This document shows, piece by piece, positions 17,228 to 27,341 of a DNA stretch of 41,593 nucleotides. The DNA lies in the NCBI GenBank assembly GCA_046754465.1, contig JBHHVU010000025.1, forward strand, positions 1 to 41,593, in the 5' to 3' direction. The notes under the pieces are model-generated. The model was given only the letters and a program-made list of their open reading frames with translations, did not search any database and was not told the origin of the DNA. Source of the stretch: Nitrospinaceae bacterium. GTDB taxonomy: Bacteria > Nitrospinota > Nitrospinia > Nitrospinales > VA-1. Every line of letters begins with the position of its first letter. The first letter of the stretch is position 1. A program made the position numbers and the translations under genes.

Positions 17228-17267
17228 AACCAGTAACTCGGTATCCGGCCAGGAGGCCGGATGAATC

Positions 17268-17504
17268 ATGAAATCAGAAGAAATCAGGGACCTCTCGCAA
17301 AAAGAGAGGGATGAAAAAATATCGGATTTGCAGCAGGAGTATTTTAACCTGCGGTTTCAGTTGGCGGCCGGAAAAATCGAGAACCCCAGCCGCCTGCGGC
17401 TGATCCGCCGGGATATCGCGAGATTAAAAACCATCCAGCGGGAAATTCGATCAAAAGAAGGCTCACAGGAACCCTTGAAAACCCAGAGCCCAAAGGCCGG
17501 CTGA
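17268..17504 (+). CDS. rpmC: 50S ribosomal protein uL29, with a short C-terminal extension
   Basis: FNLRFQ...ENPSRLRLIRRDIARLKT motif; conserved position. Confidence 0.97.
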   Translation: MKSEEIRDLSQKERDEKISDLQQEYFNLRFQLAAGKIENPSRLRLIRRDIARLKTIQREIRSKEGSQEPLKTQSPKAG

Positions 17505-17532
17505 TGGCACTTTATAAGGTGGGAAGGAGAAT

Positions 17533-17820
17533 TTGTTGAACAGTACGACTAAAAGAAAAACCCTGGCCGGGAAAGTGGTCAGCGATAAGATGGATAAAAC
17601 GGTGGTAGTCAAGGTGGAAAGGCGGTTCGGTCACACCAAGTTCAAGAAAGTGGTCAAGACCACCCGGAAATTCAAGGTCCACGACGAAAAGAACGAATGT
17701 AAGTCCGGGGACTTCATAAGCATTTGCGAGACGCGGCCCTTGAGCCGTAGCAAGCGCTGGCGTTTGCTGGAAATCATTACGCGCGGCGGGGCGCGGGCGG
17801 AGCGGGGAAAGGCGATATGA
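17533..17820 (+). CDS. rpsQ: 30S ribosomal protein uS17
   Basis: [14 protein letters not shown] and [11 protein letters not shown] motifs; TTG start (17533 or 17536) after AAGGAG. Confidence 0.98.
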   Translation: MLNSTTKRKTLAGKVVSDKMDKTVVVKVERRFGHTKFKKVVKTTRKFKVHDEKNECKSGDFISICETRPLSRSKRWRLLEIITRGGARAERGKAI

Positions 17821-18185
17821 TCCAACTGAGAACCGTATTGGAAGTGGCCGATAATTCCGGCGCCAAGGTCGTCCAGTGCATTAAGGTGCTGGGCGGGTCC
17901 CGGCGGCGGTATGCGAGGGTCGGGGATGTGATCGTCGTGGCCCTCAAAGAAGTCGAGCCCCATGGGGCGTTGAAAAAAGGAGAGGTTAAAAAGGCGGTGG
18001 TCGTTCGCACGCGAAAAGAAATCCGCCGGTCCGAAGGCAGTTATATCAAGTTCGACTCCAATGCGGCGGTATTGATCAATGATGCCCGGGAACCCTTGGG
18101 GACCCGCATCTTTGGGCCCGTCGCCCGGGAATTGCGGGCCAAAAGGTACATGAAAATTCTCTCTCTCGCGCCGGAGGTGTTGTGA
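17817..18185 (+). CDS. rplN: 50S ribosomal protein uL14
   Basis: VADNSGAK and [13 protein letters not shown]...LAPEVL motifs. Confidence 0.99.
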   Translation: MIQLRTVLEVADNSGAKVVQCIKVLGGSRRRYARVGDVIVVALKEVEPHGALKKGEVKKAVVVRTRKEIRRSEGSYIKFDSNAAVLINDAREPLGTRIFGPVARELRAKRYMKILSLAPEVL

Positions 18186-18523
18186 TGGCGGCCACTCACA
18201 AAAAAATGAATTTGAAAAAAGACGATATCGTCGAGGTGATTTCGGGAAGAGAAAAAGGAAAAAAAGGGAAGATCCTGGTGACTTATCCCCTGGAAAACCG
18301 GCTTTGTGTGGAGAAGCTGAACATGTTCAAGCGCCACATGAAAGGGGATGGGAAAACCCGGCAGGCGGGAATCATCGAGCGTGAAGGCAAACTACATATT
18401 TCCAACGTTCTGCTGGTTTGCGACAAATGCGGCAAGGGCGTCCGCATCAAACACAAGGCGCTGGAAGACGGAAAGCGCGTCCGCATCTGCGTGAAATGCG
18501 GCGAAGTGATCGATAAGGTTTGA
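18185..18523 (+). CDS. rplX: 50S ribosomal protein uL24 (CxxC...CxxC form)
   Basis: KOW-like [28 protein letters not shown] and CVKC motifs. Confidence 0.97.
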   Translation: MAATHKKMNLKKDDIVEVISGREKGKKGKILVTYPLENRLCVEKLNMFKRHMKGDGKTRQAGIIEREGKLHISNVLLVCDKCGKGVRIKHKALEDGKRVRICVKCGEVIDKV

Positions 18524-18524
18524 C

Positions 18525-19064
18525 ATGGCCAATCTAAAAACCTTTTATAACGAAAAGTGTAAATCCCAAATCCAGAAGGAACTGGGTTTGAAAAACGTAA
18601 TGCAGGTTCCCCGGCTGGAAAAGATCGTGATCAATATGGGCTTGGGGGAAGCCCTGCAGAACGCCAAATTGCTGGAGTCGGGAATCGAGCAATTGAGATT
18701 GATCGCCGGGCAGATGCCGGTGGTGACGCGGGCGAAGAAATCGATCTCCAATTTCAAGCTTCGCGAAGGGGCGTCCATCGGCCTTCGGGTCACCCTGCGG
18801 GGCAACCGGATGTACGAGTTTTTTGAACGGTTCGTGTCCCTGGCGCTGCCCCGAGTGCGTGACTTCAAAGGACTCTCCCCCAAATCCTTCGACGGAAGAG
18901 GCAATTACACCGTGGGAATCCGGGAACAATTGATCTTTCCCGAGATCAATTTCGACAGGGTGGAAAAGATTAAGGGAATGAACGTCACAATATGTACCAG
19001 CGCAAAAACGGATGAAGAAGGAAAGTGCCTTTTGACCCATATGGGGTTACCTCTGAGAAAGTGA
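18525..19064 (+). CDS. rplE: 50S ribosomal protein uL5
   Basis: [11 protein letters not shown] and LPRVRDFKG...FDGRGNY motifs. Confidence 0.99.
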   Translation: MANLKTFYNEKCKSQIQKELGLKNVMQVPRLEKIVINMGLGEALQNAKLLESGIEQLRLIAGQMPVVTRAKKSISNFKLREGASIGLRVTLRGNRMYEFFERFVSLALPRVRDFKGLSPKSFDGRGNYTVGIREQLIFPEINFDRVEKIKGMNVTICTSAKTDEEGKCLLTHMGLPLRK

Positions 19065-19107
19065 AAATCACCCCTCCTCAAGGGGGAGGGAAGAGACGGA
19101 AAATTTT

Positions 19108-19293
19108 ATGGCGAAAAAATCATTAATTGCCAAATCGCAAAGAAAACAGAAATTCCTGGTCAGGGAATACAACCGGTGTAAAGTGTGCGGCCGGCCCAGG
19201 GCTTATCTGCGGAAGTTCAACATGTGCCGCATCTGCTTCCGGGAACGGGCGTTGTGTGGTGAAATCCCCGGAGTGACCAAGGCCAGTTGGTAG
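19108..19293 (+). CDS. rpsZ: 30S ribosomal protein uS14, short zinc-binding (type Z) form
   Basis: 61 aa; RCKVCGRPR...MCRICFRE...PGVTKASW. Confidence 0.98.
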   Translation: MAKKSLIAKSQRKQKFLVREYNRCKVCGRPRAYLRKFNMCRICFRERALCGEIPGVTKASW

Positions 19294-19338
19294 GGTGGTT
19301 GGAATCCGGTTCAACTTGTTCAGGAGTCGAATTCAAAA

Positions 19339-19734
19339 ATGTCGATGACAGATCCCATAGCGGACTTATTCACGCGGATCCGGAACGGCCTGATGGTCCG
19401 GCATGACCGGGTGGACGTCCCCAATTCGCGGATGAAGACCCGGATAGTGGAAATTTTGAAGGAAGAGGGATTTATCAAAAACTTCCGGGTATACGAAGAT
19501 AATAAGCAGGGAATTCTGCGGGTTTATCTCAAGTATAAGGATGAGCAACCGGTGATTCACGGAATCCGGCGTGTGAGCAAACCCGGCCGCAGGAATTACG
19601 TGGGCAAGGATGAGATTCCCCGAGTGCTCAACGGGTTGGGCACCGCCATCATCTCCACCTCCGGCGGCGTGGAGACCGACCAGGGTTGCCGCGAAAAAGG
19701 GGTCGGCGGCGAAGTGATCGGTTACGTCTGGTAG
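19339..19734 (+). CDS. rpsH: 30S ribosomal protein uS8
   Basis: [20 protein letters not shown] and GGEVIGYVW motifs. Confidence 0.99.
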   Translation: MSMTDPIADLFTRIRNGLMVRHDRVDVPNSRMKTRIVEILKEEGFIKNFRVYEDNKQGILRVYLKYKDEQPVIHGIRRVSKPGRRNYVGKDEIPRVLNGLGTAIISTSGGVETDQGCREKGVGGEVIGYVW

Positions 19735-19744
19735 AGAGGACGGT

Positions 19745-20293
19745 ATGTCAAGAATCGGAAAATTACCTGTCAAGATACCCCCCGGAGTGGATTGCAAATC
19801 GGAGGGCACGCTGTTTTCGGTGAAAGGGCCCAAGGGGAACCTGGAGCGCCACCTTCATGCCAACATGAAGGTCGAACTCAAGGACGGAGAAATCCGCGTG
19901 ATTCGCCCGACGGACGGTAGATTGGACCGGGCCCTCCACGGGCTGACCCGCTCCCTGGTCTTCAATATGGTTCATGGAGTGTCCGAGGGGTATTCCAAAC
20001 AGCTCAACATCGTCGGCGTGGGGTACCGGGTGGAACTCAAGGGCAAAAACCTGGTGCTCAACCTGGGATATTCGCATCCCATTGACTACCCCGCTGCGGA
20101 AGGGATCGAATTTGAGGTTGATTCCAAGAAAAATACCATCATCGTGAAGGGAATTGACAAGCAGAAAGTGGGGCAGGCGGCGGCTGAGATCCGAGGTTTT
20201 CGTCCGCCGGAGCCTTATAAGGGTAAAGGCGTTATGTATTCGACGGAAAGAATTCGAAGGAAGGCGGGCAAGGCCGCCGTGGGGGCCAAGTAG
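19745..20293 (+). CDS. rplF: 50S ribosomal protein uL6
   Basis: MSRIGK, GVGYR, LGYSHP and RPPEPYKGKG motifs. Confidence 0.99.
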   Translation: MSRIGKLPVKIPPGVDCKSEGTLFSVKGPKGNLERHLHANMKVELKDGEIRVIRPTDGRLDRALHGLTRSLVFNMVHGVSEGYSKQLNIVGVGYRVELKGKNLVLNLGYSHPIDYPAAEGIEFEVDSKKNTIIVKGIDKQKVGQAAAEIRGFRPPEPYKGKGVMYSTERIRRKAGKAAVGAK

Positions 20294-20298
20294 AATCC

Positions 20299-20664
20299 AT
20301 GAAAAAAACAGAGAGGCAGCGTCTCCGGGAAAATCGCAAGAGACGCGTGAAATTAAAGATTCAGAAAGATCCTGGAAAACTCCGGTTGTCGATCTTCAAA
20401 AGCTCGAAACACATCTATGGGCAAATAATCGATGACCGTCAGGGCAGGACCCTGGTCTCGGTCTCGTCGCTTTCCCCGGTTTTCCGAGAAAAAATGAAAA
20501 CCGGCGGCAATATTCAAGCGGCGGTCCTGGTGGGAAGTTTACTGGGGGAGAAAGCGGTTCAGCAGGGGATCCAGAAAATCTATTTCGACAGGAACGGGTT
20601 CATTTATGCCGGGCGCGTCAAGGCCCTGGCCGATGCCGTACGGGAAAAAGGAGTAAAAATTTAA
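20299..20664 (+). CDS. rplR: 50S ribosomal protein uL18
   Basis: RLSIFKSSKHIYGQIIDD and FDRNGFIYAGRVKALAD motifs. Confidence 0.98.
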   Translation: MKKTERQRLRENRKRRVKLKIQKDPGKLRLSIFKSSKHIYGQIIDDRQGRTLVSVSSLSPVFREKMKTGGNIQAAVLVGSLLGEKAVQQGIQKIYFDRNGFIYAGRVKALADAVREKGVKI

Positions 20665-20735
20665 CAGCCGGGTTTTTGGAGCCCTTGCCGGATCCCTGAA
20701 TTCGGGGAGGGGCTTCACCACCGTTGGAGGTTTCT

Positions 20736-21242
20736 TTGCAAGAACAGAAGAGTGAACAAAAACAGGAATTCGTCGACCGCGTGGTCCGCATCAACCGGGT
20801 GGCCAAGGTGGTGAAGGGTGGGCGCCGGTTCAGTTTCAGCGCCCTGGTGGTCGTCGGGAATCGTGAGGGGGAAGTCGGCTGGGGACTCGGCAAGGCCAAT
20901 GAGGTTCCGGAAGCGATTCGGAAAGGGGTCGAGAAAGCCAAGAAAAACATGGTCACGATCAGTCTCCATGGTTCCACCATTCCGCATGAAATCATCGGCT
21001 GCTACGGGGCGGGCCGGGTGTTGTTAAAACCCGCTTCCCGCGGAACCGGGGTGATTGCCGGCGGGGCCGTACGGGCGGTCCTGGAAGCGGTAGGGGTTCG
21101 GGACATACTGACCAAATGTCTGCGCACCAACAACCCGCACAATGTGGTGAAAGCCACCATTCAAGGTTTAGCGAGTCTGCGCGATTCCTCACAATTCGCG
21201 CTCCTGCGCGGCAAACCACTCAAAGCCAAATCAGCCGAATAG
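20736..21242 (+). CDS. rpsE: 30S ribosomal protein uS5
   Basis: [21 protein letters not shown] and [11 protein letters not shown] motifs. TTG 20736 (5 nt after GGAGG) preferred over TTG 20724. Confidence 0.98.
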   Translation: MQEQKSEQKQEFVDRVVRINRVAKVVKGGRRFSFSALVVVGNREGEVGWGLGKANEVPEAIRKGVEKAKKNMVTISLHGSTIPHEIIGCYGAGRVLLKPASRGTGVIAGGAVRAVLEAVGVRDILTKCLRTNNPHNVVKATIQGLASLRDSSQFALLRGKPLKAKSAE

Positions 21243-21247
21243 GAACC

Positions 21248-21688
21248 ATGATCAGACTATCAAATTTAAAGACATCCTCCGGGGTCCGGAAAAACAGGAA
21301 ACGGATCGGACGCGGCATCGGATCGGGAACCGGGAAAACCTGTGGGAAAGGCCAGAAGGGGCAGAAATCGCGCGCCGGCGGAAACCCCCATCCCTGGTTC
21401 GAAGGGGGGCAAATGCCTCTCCAGAGAAGATTGCCGAAGAGAGGGTTCACCAACATTTTCAAAAAAGAGTACCAGATCGTTAACCTCGGCCAACTGGCTG
21501 TTCTCGCGGGGGAGGCTCCCGTTACCCCCGAAATCATGAAGGCAAAGGGACTCATCAAAAAACCGGAATCGGTCAAGGTTCTGGGTCAGGGGGACTTGAC
21601 AGCCGCCGTCACCGTTCACGCGCAGAAATTCAGCAAATCCGCCGTGGATAAAATCGAAAAATCTGGAGGAAAGGCCGTTGTCATTTAA
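21248..21688 (+). CDS. rplO: 50S ribosomal protein uL15
   Basis: RIGRGIGSGTGKT, FEGGQMPLQRRLPKRGF; ATG 21248 lies 5 nt after the rpsE stop. Confidence 0.98.
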   Translation: MIRLSNLKTSSGVRKNRKRIGRGIGSGTGKTCGKGQKGQKSRAGGNPHPWFEGGQMPLQRRLPKRGFTNIFKKEYQIVNLGQLAVLAGEAPVTPEIMKAKGLIKKPESVKVLGQGDLTAAVTVHAQKFSKSAVDKIEKSGGKAVVI

Positions 21689-23005
21689 ATGAGTGGCGCT
21701 GCAGCTTTTGGCAATATATTTAAAATCCCCGAGCTGAAAAGAAGGGTTTTTTTCACGCTGGGATTACTGGTGGTTTACCGGATTGGCGCCCACATCCCCA
21801 CTCCCGGCATCAATTCCGCCGCACTGGCGGAACTTTTTGAGCTCGCCCGAGGAACCATACTCGGATTTTTCGATATGTTCTCGGGGGGCGCGTTGCGGCG
21901 GCTCACGATTTTCGCCCTGGGCATCATGCCCTACATCAGCGCATCCATTATCCTGCAACTGATGACGATCGTTTCCCCCTACCTTGCCCGGCTCAAGAAA
22001 GAGGGGGAGCAGGGGCAGAAAAAAATCACTCAATACACCCGCTATGGAACGGTGGTTTTGAGCATGATCCAGGGATCGGGGATCGCCGTGGGACTCGAAG
22101 CGATGAAGAGCCCGGGCGGATCACCCATCGTTCCCACTCCGGGCTGGTCGTTTCGTTTGATGACCATCCTGACCCTCACCGCCGGCACCACTTTTCTGAT
22201 GTGGCTTGGCGAACAGATCACCGAACGGGGCATTGGAAACGGCATTTCGCTGATCATCTTTTCCGGAATCGTCGCCGGAACCCCCACGGCGATTCTTCAA
22301 TCCCTGGACCTGATGGGAACGGGGGAATTGCCCGTCCTGTTGATGCTGTTCTTGCTGGTGCTGATGGTTTTCGTTGTCGGGGTGATCGTTTTTACGGAAG
22401 GAGGGCAGCGCAGGATTCCGATCCAATATGCCAAACGCGTGGTCGGCAGAAAGATGTATGGGGGCCAGAGTACCCATTTGCCCTTGAAAGTGAATACTTC
22501 GGGGGTGATTCCTCCCATTTTCGCGTCCTCCATCATCATGTTCCCGGCGACCATAGCCCAGTTTATCAGCCACCCGTGGATGCAGAGGGTCTCGGGCATG
22601 CTGACTCCCGGTCAGGTGCTTTACAGCATGATTTTCGTGGGGGCGATTTTTTTCTTTTGCTATTTTTATACCGCGGTCATATTCAATCCGGTGGATGTTG
22701 CGGATAATATGAAAAAATACGGCGGGTACGTGCCCGGAATCCGCCCCGGTTCCAAAACCTCCGATTATATCGACCAGATTCTTTCGCGGATCACTTTTTA
22801 CGGCGCGGTCTATCTTTCTTTGATCTGCATTTTGCCGGATTATTTGATAAAATATTTTAACATTCCGTTCTATTTTGGTGGAACCAGTTTATTGATCGTG
22901 GTAGGCGTGTCCCTGGATACCATGCAACAAATAGAATCGCACCTCGTCATGAGAAGTTACGACGGGTTTATCAAGAAGGGTAGGTTGAAGGGCCGCCGGG
23001 GCTGA
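21689..23005 (+). CDS. secY: Preprotein translocase subunit SecY
   Basis: IFALGIMPYISASII, WLGEQITERGIGNGISL, VPGIRPG and FGGTSLLIVVGV motifs. Confidence 0.99.
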   Translation: MSGAAAFGNIFKIPELKRRVFFTLGLLVVYRIGAHIPTPGINSAALAELFELARGTILGFFDMFSGGALRRLTIFALGIMPYISASIILQLMTIVSPYLARLKKEGEQGQKKITQYTRYGTVVLSMIQGSGIAVGLEAMKSPGGSPIVPTPGWSFRLMTILTLTAGTTFLMWLGEQITERGIGNGISLIIFSGIVAGTPTAILQSLDLMGTGELPVLLMLFLLVLMVFVVGVIVFTEGGQRRIPIQYAKRVVGRKMYGGQSTHLPLKVNTSGVIPPIFASSIIMFPATIAQFISHPWMQRVSGMLTPGQVLYSMIFVGAIFFFCYFYTAVIFNPVDVADNMKKYGGYVPGIRPGSKTSDYIDQILSRITFYGAVYLSLICILPDYLIKYFNIPFYFGGTSLLIVVGVSLDTMQQIESHLVMRSYDGFIKKGRLKGRRG

Positions 23006-23009
23006 TCCC

Positions 23010-23651
23010 ATGAGGTTGATTCTTTTAGGGCCGCCGGGGGCCGGCAAGGGAACTCAAGCAAAGATGTTGAAGGAAAAATTCAATATTCCTCAAATCTCCA
23101 CGGGGGATATTCTCCGCAAGGCGGTCAAGGATGATACGGAGCTGGGGGCCAAGGCCAAAACCTACATGGATCAGGGTCACTTGGTGCCCGACGATATCGT
23201 GATCGGTTTGATCAAACAAAGGATCAAGGAAGAGGACTGCCGGGAGGGATTCATCCTCGACGGTTTCCCGCGAACGATCGTCCAGGCGGAAAAGTTTTCC
23301 GAGACCCTGGAAGAAATGGATTTGAACATCGACACGGTGATCGATTTTGAGGTGGATTCGGGGGAATTGGTGGACCGGTTGACCGGCCGGAGGACCTGTT
23401 CGCAATGCGGGTCCATGTTCCATGAGAAATCGCGTCCGCCCAAAACCCCGGAGATTTGTGATTTCTGCGGGGGCCAACTTTACCAGCGCCCGGACGATAA
23501 GGAAGAAACCATCATCAAGCGGCTCGAAGTCTACCAAACGGAAACGGCGCCGCTCAAGGATTTTTACAGGAAAATGGGAAACCTGAAAACATTGGCGGGC
23601 CGAGGATCGGTCGATGAAATTTTTTCCCAGGTTTGCGCCATGGTGTCTTAA
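23010..23651 (+). CDS. adk: Adenylate kinase with zinc-type LID
   Basis: [10 protein letters not shown]-loop, LDGFPRT, and LID CSQC...CDFC. Confidence 0.99.
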   Translation: MRLILLGPPGAGKGTQAKMLKEKFNIPQISTGDILRKAVKDDTELGAKAKTYMDQGHLVPDDIVIGLIKQRIKEEDCREGFILDGFPRTIVQAEKFSETLEEMDLNIDTVIDFEVDSGELVDRLTGRRTCSQCGSMFHEKSRPPKTPEICDFCGGQLYQRPDDKEETIIKRLEVYQTETAPLKDFYRKMGNLKTLAGRGSVDEIFSQVCAMVS

Positions 23652-23653
23652 TT

Positions 23654-23872
23654 ATGTCTAAGGAAGAATCCATAGAAGTCGAGGGAATCGTTCTCGAACC
23701 CCTTCCCAATGCCATGTTCCGGGTGGAGTTGGAAAACGGGCACAAGATTCTCGCCCACATATCCGGAAAAATGAGGATGCATTTCATCCGCATCCTTTCC
23801 GGGGACAAGGTGAAGGTGCAGCTCTCCCCGTACGATTTGACCAAGGGACGCATCACCTATCGGTATAAATAA
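23654..23872 (+). CDS. infA: Translation initiation factor IF-1
   Basis: [26 protein letters not shown] and [13 protein letters not shown] motifs. Confidence 0.99.
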   Translation: MSKEESIEVEGIVLEPLPNAMFRVELENGHKILAHISGKMRMHFIRILSGDKVKVQLSPYDLTKGRITYRYK

Positions 23873-23896
23873 AACTGGAAAACAAGGAACCGGGTT

Positions 23897-24010
23897 ATGA
23901 AAGTCAGGGCGTCGGTAAAACCCATTTGTAAAAAGTGCAAAGTGATTCGGAGGCGGGGAGTGGTCCGTGTGATTTGTGAAAACCCTAAACACAAGCAGCG
24001 GCAGGGGTGA
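23897..24010 (+). CDS. rpmJ: 50S ribosomal protein bL36 (zinc-binding form); too short for the ORF track
   Basis: Hand translation gives [37 protein letters not shown] (37 aa). Confidence 0.99.
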   Translation: MKVRASVKPICKKCKVIRRRGVVRVICENPKHKQRQG

Positions 24011-24075
24011 CCCTCCCGGCCGGGTTCCGTGCTTCAGGGTGAAGCGGCATCCCCCCCAGTAGATAAGGAGAAAAT

Positions 24076-24450
24076 GTGGCAAGAATAGCAGGTGTAGACA
24101 TTCCCAAGGACAAAAGGGCTATCATCGCCCTCACCTATATCTACGGTATAGGCAAATCGATGGCGAGAAAGGTGCTGGCCCAGGCCCAGGTCTCCGAGGA
24201 TGTCCGGGTAAAAGACCTGACCGATGACGAAGTCAGCCGGATCCGGACCACCATCGATAAAGAATCCCAGGTGGAAGGGGACCTCCGGCGCGAGGTGAAT
24301 ATGAGTATCAAGCGGTTGATGGATATAGGCAGTTACCGGGGCCTGCGGCATCGAAAAGGGTTGCCGGTGAGAGGGCAGCGTTCCCACACTAATGCGAGAA
24401 CCCGGAAGGGCCCGCGGAAAACCGTCGGGGCCCGGGCATCGAAAAAATAA
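24076..24450 (+). CDS. rpsM: 30S ribosomal protein uS13
   Basis: [12 protein letters not shown] and [16 protein letters not shown] motifs; GTG start after AAGGAG. Confidence 0.99.
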   Translation: MARIAGVDIPKDKRAIIALTYIYGIGKSMARKVLAQAQVSEDVRVKDLTDDEVSRIRTTIDKESQVEGDLRREVNMSIKRLMDIGSYRGLRHRKGLPVRGQRSHTNARTRKGPRKTVGARASKK

Positions 24451-24468
24451 CCAGGAGGTAAGGAGTTC

Positions 24469-24864
24469 ATGGAAAAAGGTAAACCGGGCCGGGGCGGACG
24501 CAAGAAACAAAAGACGGCTCCCGAAACAGGGATCGCCCATATTCGGGCGACATTCAATAACACCATTGTGACGATCAGTGATGTTTCCGGCAACGTCATC
24601 GCCTGGTCCAGCGCGGGAGCGCAGGGGTTCAAGGGTTCGAGGAAGAGCACCCCGTTCGCGGCGCAGGTGGCCGCGGATAAGGCCGCCCAAAAAGCCAAGG
24701 ATATGGGCATGAGAAAACTCGAGGTTCATGTGAAAGGTCCCGGTTCCGGACGCGAGTCCGCCATCCGGTCGTTGCAGGCCGCGGGGATGGAAATTATCGT
24801 CATTCGGGACAAAACCCCCATTCCCCACAACGGTTGCCGGCCGCGAAAAGGAAGGAGAGTCTGA
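24469..24864 (+). CDS. rpsK: 30S ribosomal protein uS11
   Basis: [17 protein letters not shown] and [10 protein letters not shown] motifs. Confidence 0.99.
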   Translation: MEKGKPGRGGRKKQKTAPETGIAHIRATFNNTIVTISDVSGNVIAWSSAGAQGFKGSRKSTPFAAQVAADKAAQKAKDMGMRKLEVHVKGPGSGRESAIRSLQAAGMEIIVIRDKTPIPHNGCRPRKGRRV

Positions 24865-24894
24865 TGTTAAACCCAAACCGATTGGAGATTGAAC

Positions 24895-25521
24895 TTGGCA
24901 AGATATAGGGGATCCGTTTGTCGATTGTGCCGCCGCGAGGGCATGAAGTTGTTTTTGAAGGGTGAGCGTTGTGAAACCGCCAAATGCGCCATCGACCGAA
25001 GAGCTTACCTGCCCGGTCAGCATGGGCAGGGACGTAAAAAATTCTCGGAATACGGAGTCCAGTTGCGGGAAAAGCAGAAGGTCAAAAGGTTTTATGGCGT
25101 TTTGGAAAAGCAGTTCCGAATCTATTTTGCCTCGGCCGACCGAAAAAAAGGGGTTACCGGGGAAAACCTGCTTCAAACCCTGGAATTGCGGCTGGATAGC
25201 GTGATCTATCGAATGGGATTGGGCGCGTCCCGAAACGCGGCCAGGCAGCTGGTGAGGCACAATCATTTTACCGTGAACGGGAAGAGGGTTAATATCCCCT
25301 CTTATATTCTGAAACAAGGCGATGTCATCGCTCCCAATGAAAGAAAGCTCGGGAAGGCGCCCATAAAAACCGCCATGGAAAAAATGAAGGAAAAAACCCT
25401 CCCGCATTGGCTTTCTTTCGATATGGAAAAAAAACAAGGCATCGTTCAGTCCCTGCCTACGCGAGAGGACATCTCCATCCCCGTTGAAGAACAGTTGATT
25501 GTTGAGTTGTATTCGCGTTAA
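24895..25521 (+). CDS. rpsD: 30S ribosomal protein uS4 (CxxC zinc form)
   Basis: [28 protein letters not shown] and IVELYSR motifs; TTG 24895 lies 7 nt after GGAG. Confidence 0.99.
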   Translation: MARYRGSVCRLCRREGMKLFLKGERCETAKCAIDRRAYLPGQHGQGRKKFSEYGVQLREKQKVKRFYGVLEKQFRIYFASADRKKGVTGENLLQTLELRLDSVIYRMGLGASRNAARQLVRHNHFTVNGKRVNIPSYILKQGDVIAPNERKLGKAPIKTAMEKMKEKTLPHWLSFDMEKKQGIVQSLPTREDISIPVEEQLIVELYSR

Positions 25522-25603
25522 CAGTTCTCCAGTCATTCGAATAGAATTTTCATTATTAACCGTTTTCTTTCTGGTTTGAACCCAAGAGAGCACGGGAGGC
25601 TCA

Positions 25604-26632
25604 ATGTATTCCGCCCAAGGCATAGTCAAACCCAAACGATTGGAATTTGAAAAAAAGAATAAAACACCCTGTTATGGCAGGTTTATCGCTGGTCCGTTCG
25701 AAAGAGGGTATGGGGTGACCATCGGCAATTCCCTGAGAAGGATGCTTTTGTCCTCCATCGAGGGAGCCGCCATCGTCGGTGTGAAATTCGAAGGTATCTA
25801 TCACGAGTTTTCCTCCATTCCAGGAGTGGTGGAGGATGTGACCGAAATCATCCTCAACCTCAAACAGGTGAATCTTAAACTGGAAGGGGAGAGCCCGAGC
25901 AAACGGATCTACCTGAAAAGGGACACGCCCGGAAATGTCACCGCCGGAGATATTACCACCGATCCGGATGTCATGATTTTAAACCCCGATCATCACATCG
26001 CCACCGTCGACCAGAATGGCCTGCTGGATATGGAAATGATCGTCCGCAAAGGAAGAGGGTATGTTCCCGCCGAAAAACAGCAGCTGGAAGAGGAATCCGT
26101 TCAGGTGATCCCCATCGACGCGATTTTTTCTCCCATTGAAAAAGTCAGCTACCTGGTGGAAAAAACCCGTGTGGAACAATCGACGGATTACGACCAGTTG
26201 GTGATGGAGTTGTGGACCAACGGGGGAATCACGCCGGACGACGCGGTGGCTCACGCCGCCAAAATCGTCAAGGACCACATGCAGATTTTCATCAACTTCG
26301 ATGAAGAACCCGAACCCGTCCAACCCCAGGTCGACGAGAAGAAGCAGAAAATGCTCACCAATATGGCCAAATGCGTGGAGGAACTGGAACTTTCGGTGCG
26401 TTCCTACAACTGCCTCAAAAACGCGAACATTCAAACCATCGCCGAACTGGTTCAGAAAACCGACGCCGAAATGCTGAAAACACGCAATTTCGGCCGGAAA
26501 TCCTTGAACGAGATCAAGGAAATTCTTGAGGAAATGGGACTGCACCTGGGCATGAAAGTGGATGCGGAAGACCTGAAACAGATCAACCAGGCCCGAAAAA
26601 AGAAAGAAATTGAAACCGACCTGATCGGGTAA
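25604..26632 (+). CDS. rpoA: DNA-directed RNA polymerase subunit alpha
   Basis: [29 protein letters not shown], and alpha[13 protein letters not shown]...NFGRKSL motifs. Confidence 0.99.
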   Translation: MYSAQGIVKPKRLEFEKKNKTPCYGRFIAGPFERGYGVTIGNSLRRMLLSSIEGAAIVGVKFEGIYHEFSSIPGVVEDVTEIILNLKQVNLKLEGESPSKRIYLKRDTPGNVTAGDITTDPDVMILNPDHHIATVDQNGLLDMEMIVRKGRGYVPAEKQQLEEESVQVIPIDAIFSPIEKVSYLVEKTRVEQSTDYDQLVMELWTNGGITPDDAVAHAAKIVKDHMQIFINFDEEPEPVQPQVDEKKQKMLTNMAKCVEELELSVRSYNCLKNANIQTIAELVQKTDAEMLKTRNFGRKSLNEIKEILEEMGLHLGMKVDAEDLKQINQARKKKEIETDLIG

Positions 26633-26679
26633 TATCGGGAATTAACCTTCCATTAAATTTCTGGAGATGCCTGAGACTC

Positions 26680-27261
26680 ATGCGTCATTTAAAAGCCGGT
26701 AGAAAATTTGGCCGTACCTCCGCCCACCGGAAAGCCATGTTTCGAAATATGGTGACCGCCCTCATCGAGCGGGAACGGATCCGCACCACGTTGCCCAAGG
26801 CCAAGGAATTGCGGAGCAAGGTGGAAAAGACCATCACGTTGGGTAAGAAGGGCACCCTTCACGCCCGGCGCCGCGCGATGCGGACGGTGACACGGAAAGA
26901 AACGCTTCAAAAATTGTTCGGGCCCATCGCCGAAAGGTTTGCAGGACGGAATGGCGGCTACACGCGGATCATCCATATCGGCAACCGCCGCGGGGATGAC
27001 GCCCCGATGGCTTTCATCGAACTGGTGGAAGCAGAAAATGAAAAATCCAAGGAAACGCCGGCCAAGCAAAAAGCCAAAAGCCGGCCCAAAAAAGAGGCCC
27101 CGCCCGCCGCCGATAAAAAGGGAGGCAAGAAAAAGGCGGCCCCGGCTAAAACTGAAACGGGCAAGTCCAAAAAAGCGCCCGCCAAAAAAACTGGAGAGCC
27201 CGCCCCCAAAAAAGCGTCCGTGAAAAGCAAAAAAACTTCCAGCCCAAAAGACAAATCCTGA
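26680..27261 (+). CDS. rplQ: 50S ribosomal protein bL17 with a long Lys/Ala/Pro-rich C-terminal tail
   Basis: [18 protein letters not shown] and GGYTRI...[14 protein letters not shown] motifs, followed by a low-complexity basic tail. Confidence 0.98.
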   Translation: MRHLKAGRKFGRTSAHRKAMFRNMVTALIERERIRTTLPKAKELRSKVEKTITLGKKGTLHARRRAMRTVTRKETLQKLFGPIAERFAGRNGGYTRIIHIGNRRGDDAPMAFIELVEAENEKSKETPAKQKAKSRPKKEAPPAADKKGGKKKAAPAKTETGKSKKAPAKKTGEPAPKKASVKSKKTSSPKDKS

Positions 27262-27341
27262 CATCCCCGGGAAGCATCCCTCCATCCCGGTGAGACCTGG
27301 ACGGGAACCCGGCGCCTTGGAACCCCCTTCCCTCCCGGATA

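Noticed and set aside
21116..21247. 44-codon N-terminal extension of the rplO ORF as a possible uL30 remnant or fusion
   Set aside because: It lies almost entirely inside rpsE in another frame and shows no uL30 similarity; ATG 21248 is the natural start.
24034..25635. 533-aa minus-strand ORF spanning rpsM-rpsK-rpsD
   Set aside because: Antisense to three unambiguous r-protein genes; no domain signal.
27262..27341. Intrinsic terminator after rplQ
   Set aside because: GC-rich pairing is possible (CCGGGA/TCCCGG), but there is no U-tract on either strand, so I cannot support the call.
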